This document shows positions 24,601-37,589 of a stretch of 64,000 nucleotides of DNA, in pieces. Where the stretch lies: NCBI GenBank assembly GCA_002269645.1, contig NIVC01003500.1, positions 1 through 64,000 on the forward strand. Direction: 5' to 3'. How positions within the stretch are numbered: position 1 is the first letter of the stretch; each line of letters starts with the position of its first letter. The stretch comes from Macrostomum lignano (taxonomy: Eukaryota). Under the pieces are notes generated by a model. The model ran no database searches, was not told the DNA's origin, and was given only the letters and a program-made list of their open reading frames with translations. The translations under genes and the position numbers were made by a program.

Positions 24601-26024
24601 GGTTCTATCCTATGGTGTTCTATCCTATCGGATTCTATCCTACGAGTGTATTAGATTTTGATCAGATTTCAGCACTGGGCAACTATGCGACTCTATTCTA
24701 TGCAGTATTATATGGTATCCATGTTAACGGATTTGTTTCTATCTGATTGAACTCTATCTTATTGAATTCTATCTTATAAAGTTGTATCAATGGGGATTTA
24801 GTTTTTTGGATAATATTTTTATACCTCTTCTTCAAGGTATTAAGTCTAAAAAGTTTTATTGCCCCCCCCCGCACCCAGGTGGAATTCCACAAGCTCGAGT
24901 TCGACATTTGGACGGAATCGGAGTTCTACACTCTGTGCGTGCCCCGGCACCCGTTTTGCCAGCTGCACCGGGACATGCTGGCCGGCTTCGAGCAGCTGAG
25001 GCTGCAGGAGAAGGAGGACAAGCTGAAAGCAAAGCAGGAGCAACAGAAGCAGAAAAAGAAGAAAAAGAAGCCAACAGAGAACCGGAAGCCGGCACCGAAG
25101 CCGGGCGAAGCTGCTGTGAAGATTGACAAATTTTTCATTTCTCAGCCGCTGCCGCCGGAGCCGCTCGTCCGCCCCCGGCGCCGCAGCGTCTTGGTCGATT
25201 CTCTTTCGGACTTGTTCGCCGACATCTCCTTGTCGACGTCCGCCGCTGAACTTCCGGTTCCGGCAGAGTCGGACAGTGATAATTCCCGGCGGCCGTTCGG
25301 CCACCTGTTCGTTGATTTTCGACACGCTGAGGCGGCTCTACAGCCTCCCATCTGCCAGTTCCGTCTGGAATCTTCGCTGTTGAATGACTCGCTTGTATCC
25401 GCCCACGCATCAGTTCCGGCATCAGCTCCAGCGTCCATCCACGCATCGGCTCCAGCATCCGCCCACGCATCGTCTCCAGCACCCGCCCACGCATCTGCTC
25501 CAGCACCCGCCCACGCATCGGCTCCAGCATCCTCCCACGCATCGGCTCCAGCATCCGCCCACGCATCGTCTCCAGCACCCGCCCACGCATCTGCTCCAGC
25601 ACCCGCCCACGCATCGGCTCCAGCATCCTCCCACGCATCTGCTCTAGCATCCGCCCACGCATCTGCTCCAGCATCCTCCCACGCATCGGCTCCAGCATCT
25701 GGCCACGCATCGGCTTTAGCATCCTCCCACGCATCGGCTCTAGCATCCTCCCACGCATCGGCTCCAGTATCCGCCCACATATCGGCTCGGGTATCCGCCC
25801 ACATATCGGCTCGGATATCCGCCCACGCATCGGCCCCAGCATCCGCCCACGCATCGACTCCAGCCGTGCCGCCAGTTCGCGGTAGAATTCCGCCGCTACC
25901 GCAACTGGACGACAGCTTCGATAAGTTCGAAACGCCGCCCCGATTAACTGCCAGACTGCAGCTGCTGTACAACTGTAACCAAGCCGTTGGCCAAGCGCTG
26001 GAGGAGGCGTTCCAGTCTCAGTGA
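21658..26024 (+). CDS. GEN1: Holliday junction resolvase / flap endonuclease GEN homolog 1 (XPG/Rad2 family)
   Basis: Exons 21658-21964, 22599-22827, 23574-24141, 24879-26024 with GT-AG sites and matching phases. XPG-N MGVHGLW...IDLAIW...FVVDG; XPG-I EAESLAALL...TNDGDAFLYGAKRVLRNF; H2TH LLGCDYAPGGTPGVG; chromodomain-like region; disordered tail. Confidence 0.92.
21995..22565. repeat. Intronic minisatellite, ~20-22 bp (GTGGCAGGCTGTGTAGGGGAGA), GEN1 intron 1
   Basis: Visible tandem units. Confidence 0.95.
22990..23470. repeat. Intronic minisatellite, ~28 bp, GEN1 intron 2
   Basis: CTCTGAGAATCTCACCCAGAGATTTGAC units. Confidence 0.9.
24230..24645. repeat. Intronic minisatellite, 15 bp, GEN1 intron 3
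   Basis: CTATCCTATGGTGTT units. Confidence 0.9.
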
Positions 26025-26139
26025 CCTTTTTAACATAAACTTTTAACAATTTTTGTTATATAAATTTGTAAATAGTTTGAGCACTGTAATTCTCTGATGA
26101 AGTGTCTGTAGGTACTCTGTCATGAGATGGGTATTTCCG

Positions 26140-26370
26140 GGCTTCACTCAGACACATGATTGGGTATCTGTGCGGTACTCTCAGGTACATGATTGGGTAT
26201 CTGTGCGGTACTCTCAGGTACATGATTGGGTATCTGTGCGGTACTCTCAGGTACATGATTGGGTATCTGTGCGGTACTCAGGTACATGAATAAGTATCTG
26301 TGCGGTACTCTCAGGTACATGATTAAGTATCTGTGCGGTACTCTCAGATACATGATTAAGTATCTGTGGG
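26140..26370. repeat. Intergenic minisatellite, 33 bp
   Basis: CATGATTGGGTATCTGTGCGGTACTCTCAGGTA units. Confidence 0.9.
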
Positions 26371-26736
26371 GTAAGTACGCGTTTTAAGAATTAGTGAATG
26401 GCTCATCTGCCTATAGTTTTTTTATCTTTTAGGGCATTTCAGCTATTTAGTGCCGGCTTGAAATTAAGTCGCATTTCCGATTCGAACGTTTGTATTGTTC
26501 CAGCATTTAAAATAGCAACATTTAAATTGCTTGCTAACTTTTCTATCAAAACCTTAATGAATAAAGCACAATTTGAATTATTTTTATATAAAATTTCCTC
26601 TTGTTACTTTGCCTTGATATTAAAGCACTATCCAAATACAGTACAATGCAAATTGGTAAAAAAGTCATATTTGAAACTAAAATTAATTCATGCGCATCAT
26701 ACTACTGCTAAACTACTGTCAGCTACCAGTTCAATT

Positions 26737-29413
26737 ATGGTCCGAGGTGCCGCCCAACTTCGTGCGTGGCTTGCCTGCCTTTGCGTCTGCTTAGTTGTCT
26801 GCGCTTTTGTCTGCGGTCAGGCGGTCAGCGGTCAATCAAGCGGTCAGGCCCTACCATCAAGCGGTCAGGCCCCGCCATCAAGCGGTCAGGCCCCGCCATC
26901 AAGCGGTCAGGTCCCGCCATCAAACAGTCAGGCCCCGCCATCAAGCGGTCTGGCCCCGCCATCAAGCGGTCAGGTCCCGCCATCGAACAGTCAGGCCCCG
27001 CCATCAAGCGGTCAGGCCCCGCCATCAAGCGGTCAGGTCCCGCCATCGAACAGTCAGGCCCCGCCATCAAGCGGTCAGGCCCCACCATCAAACGGTCAGG
27101 TCCCGCCATTGAACAGTCAGGCCCCGCCTTCAAGCGGTCAGACTGCGCCATCAAGCGGTCAGACTGCGCCATCAAGCGGTCAGACTGCGCAATCAAGCGG
27201 TCAGACTGCGCCATCAAGCGTTCAGACTGCGCCATCAAGCGGTCAGACTGCGCCATCAAGCGGTCAGGCCCCGCCATCAAGCGGTCAGGACCTGCCATCA
27301 AGTGGTCAGGCCCCGCCATCAAAAAGCGTCCAGTCTCCGCCCGTGCCCAGCGCTCAGATTCAGGCAACGCACGGTCGTTCGCCGCAGCCGGGTCCCGATG
27401 GCCAGCGAATGCCGCCGCCACCTCCGCGGGGGCCGCCGCCGCCACCTCCGCGGGGGCCGCCGCCGCCGCCTCGTGGGCCGCCACCGCCCCGCCGGATTCC
27501 CAGCTTCCTACTGCCGTCAGCCGAGTCTAGCGACTCCTTCGACGGCGTGGACTCCTCCTTTGTCTTTGTTCTCCCTAGCCGTGGCCGTCAGTGCTTTCAT
27601 CATCGAACAGCGAAGTCGTTCCAGTTCGAGTTTCGAGTTCTGTACGGCGGCCGGCTGGACATCGATGTGTACATTGTCGGTCCGGGCGGCCGCGTGGCCT
27701 ACGAGAGTCGGGAACGGCGCCAGGGCGGCTTCTTGGCGCCGGCCGCTCCGGAGTCGGCGGTCCCGGGCGGCGAGTCGCCGGTGCACACGGTGTGCCTGGA
27801 CAACCGGCACTCCAGCTGGTACGATAAAGTTGTGGACTTCAGGATCGAGCTGCAGCGCAAGCGCATCAACGTCAGCGGAGGGGGCGGCGAGATGCTGGAG
27901 CCTCTGCCCGAGGCCATGACTGCTGAGCTGAAGCGCTTGGACATCAGCTGGTCGCACTTTCTGGTTGGTTTCCCTGATCCTTGGCAGCTCAGTGCCTCAG
28001 ACTGGTCATCAGATTGGACTTGAAAACCTGAAGTTTCCATAGCTGGACGAGATAAATATCCCAAGGCTAAGACTTCCGTATCTAGTGCTCAAATGAGAAG
28101 TTCAATGTCAATATCTCCATAGAGCTGAGATTTCCAAGTTTGAGACGTCCGCAGCAGAAAATCAGATGAAAATTCGTTCAATACTGAGATTCTCAAGGTT
28201 TGGGGGGTTCCATAGACTGACAAAAAAGTTTGAAGGCTGACACTTCCTACACAAATCCTGCTATGAATATCTCATGGCAGGATTAAGGTGAGAATTCCGA
28301 GGTTAAAATTTCGATAGTTAAGATTTCCAGAATTGAATTCTCCGAAGGATTTACAATGTTGACTCGTGTGGAGATTTCCAAGGTTGAGAATTCGGGGCTA
28401 AGATTTCTAACACTGAGATTTCCAGGGTTGAGATTTTCAGGGTTGAGATTTCCAGGGTTGAGATTTTCAGGGTTGAGAATTCCAGGGTTGAGATTTCTAG
28501 AGTTGAGATTTCCTAAATTGAGATTTCCAAGGTGGAGATTTCCAGGGTTGAGATTTCCAGGGTTGAAATTTCTAGAGTTGAGATTTCCTAAATTGAGATT
28601 TCCAGGGTTGAGATTTTCAGGGTTGAGATTTCTAGGGTTAAGAAGTCCAGGGTTGAAATTTCTAGAGTTGAGATTTCCAGGGTTGAGATTTCCAGGGTTG
28701 AGATTTTCAGGGTTGAGATTTCTAGGGTTAAGAAGTCCAGGGTTGAAATTTCTAGAGTTGAGATTTCCAGGGTTGAGATTTCCAGGGTTGAGATTTTCAG
28801 GGTTGAGATTTCTAGGGTTAAGAAGTCCAGGGTTGAAATTTCTAGAGTTGAGATTTCCAGGGTTGAGATTTCCAGGGTTGAGATTTCCAGGGTTGAGATT
28901 TCAAGGGTTGAGATTTCCAGGGTTGAAATTTCTAGAGTTGAGATTTCCTGGGTTGAGATTTCCAAGGTTGAGATTTCCAGGGTTGAGATTTCTAGAGTTG
29001 AGATTTCCTGGGTTGAGATTTCCAGGGTTGAGATTTCCAGGGTTGAGATTTCTAGAGTTGAGATTTCCAGGGTTTAGATTTCTAGAGTTGAGATTTCCAT
29101 AGACTGAGAATAGTACATGAAGATCTGAGGTCCCCGGTCACCACCGCCCCTCCATCCCCAGACGCTGACGTGGGCCGTGGAGGACAATCTGCATCGCAGC
29201 GCCAGCATCCAGCGGGAGTTCCGTGTCGACGAGACCCGCGACCGGCTGGCTATGGAAGACAGCGCGGCCCGGGTGAGCCGCTGGTCCGCCCTGCAGCTGG
29301 CGGTCATGCTGGGCGTGTCCGGCCTCCAGGTGCTGATGATCCGCTCCCTGTTCGATGAGAAGTCCGTGCTGCATCGGGTCTGGCGAGTCCGCGGCTCGTT
29401 CCTTATTGGCTGA
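26737..29413 (+). CDS. TMED: p24/emp24/gp25L (TMED) family protein, paralog A, with long SSGQAPP repeat insert
   Basis: Exons 26737-27963 and 29162-29413. Signal peptide MVRGAAQLRAWLACLCVCLVVCAFVCG; GOLD domain FVFVLPSRGRQCFHH...FRVLYGGRLDIDVYIVGPGG...VCLDNRHSSWYDKVVDF; coiled coil, TM helix LQLAVMLGVSGLQVLMI, tail RSLFDEK. Confidence 0.9.
28380..29100. repeat. Intronic minisatellite, 15 bp (GTTGAGATTTCCAGG)
   Basis: Visible tandem units. Confidence 0.95.
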
Positions 29414-29929
29414 CTGAATCAGCCTTTAATTGCCGGCTGTTGACAGTTTCTCTACTTAGGTCCGGAGTTCGAATCCCATTCTTTCATTACACTAAGATAT
29501 TTTTGTTTTGTATCCTCAATGCTATCAATTTCCAGTTCTGTGTGCATTTTACTGAATTAGGAATTACCACTAGAAATTTACATTCTAAAATCTAATTGCA
29601 TTTTTCAAGAGTTTTTCAAGTTTTCTTTTTTCTTAGAGTTTTCCAGTTCTAGATTCAATAGTTAGCAATATATTCTGATAAGTTTCTAAAGCCAAGACTT
29701 TCCCCTGTCAAATGGTATTTTTTATTTAACATCTTTTGGTTAGGCTCCGGCAATAAAAATTTATGAATTACAGTTTTGGACAAACACAGTCTTGTTCTCG
29801 TTTTTTACTAAATTATGTAGTTGCTGTAGAAATTGGCGAGATGCACTACTGACTTTAAGAATAGTAGTACGACTAGAGATTCTACCCCCTTTAATATATC
29901 AAAAGAATCAGAAATCAGAAGCACCTTAG

Positions 29930-30660
29930 TAACAGTCTTGTGTGTACCTTAGATACATGTACAACCTTGTGCACTTTAGCAACAGGTTTTTGCACCTTAG
30001 CGTGCACCTTAGCAACAGCCTTGTGTACCTTAGCAACAGCCTTGTGTACCTTAGCAACAGCCTTGTGTACCTTAGCAACAGCCTTGTGAACTTTAATTAG
30101 CAGCAGCCTTGTGTACCTTAGCAACAGCCTTGTGTACCTTAGCAACAGCCTTGTGTACCTTAGCAACAGCCTTGTGTACCTTAGCAACAGCCTTGTGTAC
30201 CTTAGCAACAGCCTTGTGTACCTTAGCAACAGCCTTGTGTACCTTAGCAACAGCCTTGTGTACCTTAGCAACAGCCTTGTGTAGCTTAGCCACAGCCTTG
30301 TGTACCTTAGCAACAGCCTTGTGAACTTTAATTAGCAGCAGCCTTGTGTACCTTAGCAACAGCCTTGTGTACCTTAGCAACAGCCTTGTGAACTTTAATT
30401 AGCAGCAGCCTTGTGTACCTTAGCAACAGCCTTGTGTACCTTAGCAGCAGCCTTGTGTACCTTAGCAACAGCCTTGTGTACCTTAGCAACAGCCTTGTGT
30501 ACCTTAGCAACAGCCTTGTGTACCTTAGCAACAGCCTTGTGTACCTTAGCAACAGCCTTGTGTAGCTTAGCCACAGCCTTGTGTACCTTAGCAACAGCCT
30601 TGTGTACTTTGACTACAGCCTTGTGCGACTTAACACCAGCCTTGTGCACCTTAGCAACAG
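29930..30660. repeat. Intergenic minisatellite, 21 bp (CTTAGCAACAGCCTTGTGTAC)
   Basis: Visible tandem units. Confidence 0.95.
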
Positions 30661-30744
30661 CTTAATCACATACCGACAGACAACTAGTTTTACTATAGTG
30701 GATTAATAAGCTTATTATCTGCTATCTTTTCAGCTGTCATTTTA

Positions 30745-33318
30745 ATGGCTCGACTGAAGTTCCTGCTGCTTGAGGCTGCGGCGCTGCTGCTGCTGACTGC
30801 TTGCTGCATCGCTCAGCAGCCTCCTCAGGCTGTGCCTCCATCTAGTGAGCAGGCTGCAGCGCAACAGCCCCCACCAACTCAGCATCACCAGCCTCCGCCC
30901 GAGCATAATCAGCCTCCACCTGCCCATCAACAGCCCCCGCCTGACTACCAACAGCCACCGCCTGTCCACCAGCAGCAGCCGCCTGTCCACCAACAGCCAC
31001 CGCCTGTCCACCAGCAGCAGCCGCCTGTCCACCAACAGCCACCGCCTGTCCACCAGCAGCCGCCTGTCCACCAGCAGCAGCCGCCTGTCCACCAGCAGCC
31101 ACCACCTGCCAACCAGCAGCAGCCGCCTGTCCAGCAGCAACCACCGCCTGCCCACCAGCAGCAGCCGCCTGTCCACCAGCAGCAGCAGCCACCACCTGTC
31201 CACCAACAGCTGCCGCCTGTCCAGCAGCAGCCACCACCCGTCCAGCAACAGCCACCGCCTGTCCACCAACAGCAGCCGCCTGTCCAGCAACAGCCACCGC
31301 CTGTCCACCAACAGCCTCCAGAGCAGCAGCAGCAGCAGCAGTACCAGCCTCCACCCGAGCATCATCAGCCACCTCACCCGGAGACACAAGAATCCGTTTC
31401 TACCCATCATCGGCAGCCACCGCCGCCGCCGCCGCGGGATTCCCGCGACAGGCCGGACGATGGCCATCAAGGAGGCAAGCGGGTGCCCTCTGTGCTGCTG
31501 CCATCGGAGCCTAACGAATTCGACATGCGGTCCATCTCGTTTGTGTACCGCCTGCCCAGCCGGGGGAAGCAGTGCTTTTATCATAAGGCATCTAGCAACT
31601 TCACCTTTGAGTATCAGGTAAGAAGATTGGATTATATGTATTTGTGGCCTAAATTGTTTGTGTTTGTGTATTTTGCAGCTACGTTTTGGGTAGGTTTGTG
31701 TACTAGCTCGAAGGGCTGTGCAGGTTTGCGTGGGCGTGTGTACTCTAAGGCCATGCAGGTTTGCGTGGGCGTGTGTACTCTAAGGCCGTGCAGGTTTGCG
31801 TGGGTGTGTGTACTCTAAGGCCGTGCAGGTTTGGGTGGGTGTGTGTACTCTAATGCCGTGTTGGTTGCGTGGGTGTGTGTATTTCAGTGCTACTTAAGCT
31901 TCCTGGACATGTGTAACTGTAAGGCCATGCATAATTGCCTAGCCGTGTGTGACTTTAAGTCCCTGCTGGCCTGTCTGATCGTGTGTACTCTAATATTATT
32001 CAAGTTTGCACGGGCGTTTCTTACTTTAAACCTGTTTGTTTGGGTTTGCACGGGTGTGTGCTTTATATATTTCTCGTAGATGTTGTGTAGACGTGCGCAA
32101 TTTAAGGCCGTGTAGTTTTGCGTGGGCGTTTTAATGCATTATAACCGCTGTAAGCTGCAATAACCAAGCCGGCCCTGCCCTGTACATTCCAACACTCGCC
32201 CAGGTGACAAGCGGCGGCAGTTTGGACATTGACGTCTTCATCAATTCGCCAGGCGGCAAGCTGGCGTTCGATCGGCGCGGCAAAGCCTACGGCGAGGCGA
32301 GTTTTGCATTCGACCCGGCCAAATCGACTGCCGACATGCGCCTGCCGGCCTACATGATCTGCCTGGACAACCGGTACTCTTCCTGGCACGACAAGCTCGT
32401 GTACTTTAACATCGATGTCGAACAGGGCCGCGAAGGCCTCCGGCCTGGCGCCGATCAGCTGTCCGAGGGACTGCGGACCAGTCTCCGCGAGATGGAGCTT
32501 TCCTGGGAGGAGTTTTACGTAAGTGGCTGCCAAATTGGTGTACATTGGTGTATGCACATTGGTGTGTGAACATTGGTGTATGTACATTTGTGTGTGTAAA
32601 TTGTTGTATGTACATTGGTGTGTGTACATTTGTGTATGTATACTGGTGTGTGTATATTAGTGTACTTACACTGGTATGTGTGTACATTGGTGTGTGTACA
32701 TTTGTGTATGTATACTGGTGTGTGTATATTAGTGTACTTACACTGGAATGTGTGTACATTGGTGTGTGTACATTGTTGTGTGTACATTGGTGTATGTACA
32801 TTGATTTGCGTACATTGGTGAATGTACATTGGTGTATGTACACTGGTGTCTGTACATTGGTGTGTGTGTGCATTGGTGTATGTACATTGATTTGCGTATA
32901 TTGTTGTATGTACACTGGTGTCTGTACATTGGTGTGTGTGTGTGCATTGGTGTATGTACATTGATGAATGTACATTGGTGTGTTTGTTTGTAAATTTCTG
33001 TACATGTATTTACAGTAGCTGGATGTGAGTACTCCATCAGCTGTTTCGAATAACTATAACCCCCCCCCCCCGCCGCAGAAATCCACGGACAAGGTGGAGG
33101 ACCACCTGCTGCGCACCATCTACTTGCTGAGCAAGAGCCGCAACAACGAGGCCCGCGATCGCATGATGATGGACGCGAACAATGCCCGGGTGAGCACCTG
33201 GTCCATCTTCCAGCTGGTGGTGATGCTGTTCGTGTCCGGCATCCAGGTGATGATGATCCGCTCCCTGTTCGACGACAAGTCCCGCCTGCACCGGGTGTGG
33301 AAGGCGGGAAAGTCTTAG
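30745..33318 (+). CDS. TMED: p24/emp24/gp25L (TMED) family protein, paralog B, with long QQPPPVH repeat insert
   Basis: Exons 30745-31617, 32204-32518, 33079-33318. Signal peptide MARLKFLLLEAAALLLLTACCIA; GOLD FVYRLPSRGKQCFYH...GGSLDIDVFINSPGG...ICLDNRYSSWHDKLVYF; TM FQLVVMLFVSGIQVMMI; tail RSLFDDKSRLHRVWKAGKS. Confidence 0.9.
32530..32990. repeat. TG-rich degenerate intronic repeat
   Basis: GTACATTGGTGT(A/G)T-type units. Confidence 0.85.
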
Positions 33319-34259
33319 TGCCAGGATTGCTGTGTGTTCTAAGTTATGTTAGATATAAGAACTGTTGTGTTTTAATGTTCCAATTTAGTCAGTAATAATC
33401 AATTCTAGACTAGTTAATTATGATCAACGTACGGGATTGGAAAAGGCTGCAGAGACTGCAAGCTGAATCTGGGTCAGCAGCTGAGTCTCCATCTCTATGA
33501 TCAAACTAGATGCGGAATTGCCCAATTGAAATTTGCTCTGAGAATGTTTTTAGAAAATTACCGAATTACTTGGCGTGGCTGCTGCCCTGATGAGCTAATT
33601 AATTATTCATCCTCTGCGTTTTATTTTCTCTCGCATTAAATTTGACAGAATGCTAAACTGTTTTGTCTGCTCGAACTCATTCGTAATCCTCTTCTCCGTT
33701 TATCCCTGTTGTTTATCCGTGTGCTAATAATTGAATCATTAATCCCGCCTGTGCTTAAAATCTTCAATTGCTGTTTTATAGGGGAGTGGGAACTGGCAAT
33801 TGGAAATGCATAAGAAAAGCTAAATTATAATCGAATCAAAACTTTTATCTCTTTAGTTTTCCCGTCTGTGAATCTTTGCTTTTTATTTAATTTTGGACTG
33901 TCCTTTTTATTGTCATTATTTTAACTGCTTTTTTATGCTCAGCTCTGTCTCTGCTAAGAGTGCCGGATGGCGCCAACTGATCAAATACCACCGAATCCAA
34001 CGACAGAACTTTTCTGGGCTTTTTGCTTTTTTCGACTGGTCTTTTCATTCTGTTTTTCCCTCCTTTGCTTATTAATAGTGCGACATTAGACGAGTCCGCG
34101 TATTTTGTCTGTCGCCTGTTTGGGGCTTGAAATAAAAACATTAAACTGGAACAGAAGCTGTTTCGATAACTGCTGATAAATGCTCTTACTGTTGCTTGTT
34201 CTTTCATTTCACACAAGATAGTCAAAGCAGAGTTTCTAATTGGTTAGGGTAAAGCAGAC

Positions 34260-34505
34260 CTAGGCGGTCGCTGATTGGCCAGAGTGGGGCAGGCCTAGTC
34301 GATCTCTAATTGGCCAGAGTGAGGCAAGCCTAGTCGATCTCTAATTGGCCAGAGTGGGCAGGCCTAGTCGATCTCTAATTGGCCAGAGTGGGCAGGCCTA
34401 GTCTATCTCTAATTGGCCAGAGTGGGCAGGCCTAGTCGATCTCTAATTGGCCAGAGTGGGCAGGCCTAGTCGATCTCTAATTGGCCAGAGTGGGCAGGCC
34501 TAGTA
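34260..34505. repeat. 34 bp tandem repeat x ~7, each containing ATTGG (reverse CCAAT), just upstream of CNPY
   Basis: GCAGGCCTAGTCGATCTCTAATTGGCCAGAGTGG units. Confidence 0.9.
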
Positions 34506-34611
34506 GATTGTTAATTAATCAGGGTGAGGCAGACCTAGGTGGTCTAAAACAGTCTTGACTAATTTTCAGTTTAAATTCTGTCCTTGATGCCAACTTTCTA
34601 AAAATTTTGGC

Positions 34612-35295
34612 ATGGCAACAACAATGAGGTTTCTCCATCTTGCTGCCTGTTGCCTGCTCGTTGCTAGGGCCGCAGATCTGGTAACCAAAGAAGACGAGCA
34701 CGGAGTTCGGCAGCCCACACTGTGTGAGGTTTGCAAGTACTCAGTGATTGAGCTGGAGAAGCGCCTGGCTGAGACTGAGTCGCACTCGGTGGTCATGACC
34801 AAGGCCGCAGTGCCCTACAAGGACAGCGAGCTGCGCCTCATTGAAGTTCTGGAGAATCCGCCGCTGTGCGACCGCCTGCTGGCCTACCAACTGCACAAGG
34901 AGCACAAAAACAGCCTGCGGTTCAAGCCGGGAAAGTCTGTCACCTTCAAGACACTGGATAGCCTGGTTGCCAAGTGAGTTTGAGTAACTGGCTCCTTTGA
35001 TCCCATTATGCAGCAAATACTTTGAATCTTGAATTATCACACCTGCAGAGGCGTAAAGGTGGACCTCGGCATTCCCAAGGAGCTGTGGGACTCCGCCCCA
35101 ACCGAGGTGCACTCGTTAAAGAAGGAATGCGAAGCTCTCATTGAGACCTGGGAGGACGACATCCGGGACTGGTTCTTCACTGGCCGGTCCGCTGGGGTTC
35201 GCCTGGCCGACTTCCTGTGCCGCCAGCGGGTGCTGAGAGGAAGGGAGGAGGCCTGTCTGGGCGAGAAGTACCCCGACGAGAAGGACGAACTCTGA
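34612..35295 (+). CDS. CNPY3/4: Canopy family saposin-like ER co-chaperone with C-terminal KDEL
   Basis: Exons 34612 (or ATG 34624)-34973 and 35049-35295. Motifs PTLCEVCKY, SELRLIEVLE, LCDRLLAYQLHKE, GVKVDLGIPKELWD, LKKECEALIE, DWF; ends DEKDEL*. Confidence 0.92.
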
Positions 35296-36269
35296 TTGGT
35301 TAAGGAGAGAATAGTTGCTGTTCTGATTGGTTGGGGCGAAAAGACTTGCTGTTCACTGATTGGTTGAGGAGAAAAGACCTGCTGTTCTTTTATTGGTTGA
35401 GGATGAAAGGCTTGCTGTCCTCTGATTGGTTGAGGAGAAAAGACTTGTTGTCTAATTGGTTGGGGAGAAAAGACTTTCTGTTCTCTGATTGGTTGAGAAG
35501 AAAAGACTTTCTGTTCTCTGATTGGTTGAGAAGAAAAGACTTGCTGTTTTCTAATTAGTTGAGGAGAGAATAATTGCTGTTCTCTGATTGGTTGAGGATT
35601 AAAGGCTGTTGTCCTCTGATTGGTTGAGAAGACTTGCGTTCTCTGATTAATTGGGCAGCAAGAGGCCAGAAGACAGGCTAAATAACGCAAGTTTTGTGAT
35701 CCTCATCGATTTGTCTTATTTTCTGTGCAGCTGGGATAGCAATAGTTTTTAGTCAAATTTTCTACTATCAGTAGTGCGCATGCGTTTAATTTTCATGTTA
35801 ACCCGTTAATAATATCTTGCAATCAAGAATCTGCTCTCTTTAGTCATAATCTTTTGCGATGCTTCAACCATTAATTGTACATGTTTTTGAGCGGAACTCG
35901 GTCAAGGCACAACTGCATGAATCCTGAGTCTTCTTGCATGCTTATTTAGCAACTAAAATGAACTTCTATTATGTGTGCACAATAAACGATTTGTACTCCC
36001 GAGCTTTCACTCATCTTTAATCTTATCGCGTGCGCTTGTACGATTATTTGAACGACGTACTTTCTTTAATGTTTTTTATTTTTTATAATCGCCTAGCTTA
36101 AGACTGAAGGCTTTAGGCTGCTTATTCTCCCGATATGTAGAGTTTATAACTTTTTCCGCAAAATTTTCTAAGAATCTCTAAAAAAATGTTCCTCACCCAG
36201 AAAATGGGTGCGAAATTCAAATCAGGTTCTTGTTTACCCTGGATACCGCTAATATATTGTGCAAAGCGT

Positions 36270-37470
36270 CATAGCTCCATAGCAACGGGGTAATTTGACT
36301 TGAACACTATCTTAAAGCTCCATAGCAACGGGGTAATTTAACACTATCTTAAAGCGCCATAGCAACGGGGTAATTTGACTTGAACACTATCTTAAAGCTC
36401 CATAGCAACGGGGTAATTTGATTTAAACACTATCTTAAAGCTCCATAGCAACGGGGTAATTTGACTTGAACACTATCTTAAAGCTCCATAGCAACGGGGT
36501 AATTTGATTTAAACACTATCTTAAAGCTCCATAGCAACGGGGTAATTTGATTTAAACACTATCTTAAAGCTCCATAGCAACGGGGTAATTTGACTTGAAC
36601 ACTATCTTAAAGCTCCATAGCAACGGGGTAATTTAACACTATCTTAAAGCGCCATAGCAACGGGGTAATTTGACTTGAACACTATCTTAAAGCTCCATAG
36701 CAACGGGGTAATTTGATTTAAACACTATCTTAAAGCTCCATAGCAACGGGGTAATTTGACACTATCTTAAAGCTCCATAGCAACGGGGTAATTTGACTTG
36801 AACACTATCTTAAAGCTCCATAGCAACGGGGTAATTTGATTTAAACACTATCTTAAAGCTCCATAGCAACGGGGTAATTTGATTTAAACACTATCTTAAA
36901 GCTCCATAGCAACGGGGTAATTTGATTTGAACACTATCTTAAAGCTCCATAGCAACGGGGTAATTTGATTTAAACACTGTCTTAAAGCTCCATAGCAACG
37001 GGGTAATTTGATTTAAACACTATCTTAAAGCTCCATAGCAACGGGGTAATTTGACTTGAACAGTGTCTCAGAGCTCCATAGCAACGGGGTAATTTGATTT
37101 AAACACTATCTTAAAGCTCCATAGCAACGGGGTAATTTGATTTAAACACTATCTTAAAGCTCCATAGCAACGGGGTAATTTGATTTGAACACTATCTTAA
37201 AGCTCCATAGCAACGGGGTAATTTGATTTAAACACTGTCTTAAAGCTCCATAGCAACGGGGTAATTTGATTTAAACACTATCTTAAAGCTCCATAGCAAC
37301 GGGGTAATTTGACTTGAACAGTGTCTCAGAGCTCCATAGCAACGGGGTAATTTGATTTAAACACTATCTTAAAGCTCCATAGCAACGGGGTAATTTGATT
37401 TAAACAGTGTCTCAGAGCTCCATAGCAACGGGGTAATTTGACTTGAACAGTGTCTCAGAGCTCCATAGCA
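36270..37470. repeat. Minisatellite, 43 bp unit x ~28
   Basis: CTCCATAGCAACGGGGTAATTTGATTTAAACACTATCTTAAAG units, head-to-tail without spacers. Confidence 0.95.
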
Positions 37471-37589
37471 ACATAAGGCTTGTGCTGGTGGATACCGTAT
37501 TACGCCTTCTTCATCAAAGCTCCAATCCCGCATTCCTGTTGAGTTTCGAGCTCTTCAGAGCAGCAGCAGCCACAACAGCAGCTCGCAGG

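Noticed and set aside
26398-26736. N-terminal extension of the TMED-A ORF
   Set aside because: AT-rich non-coding-like sequence; signal peptide begins at ATG 26737.
36270-37470. 43-bp repeat array (and the 33-, 46- and 64-bp arrays) as CRISPR
   Set aside because: Units are head-to-tail with no unique spacers, no cas genes, eukaryotic context.
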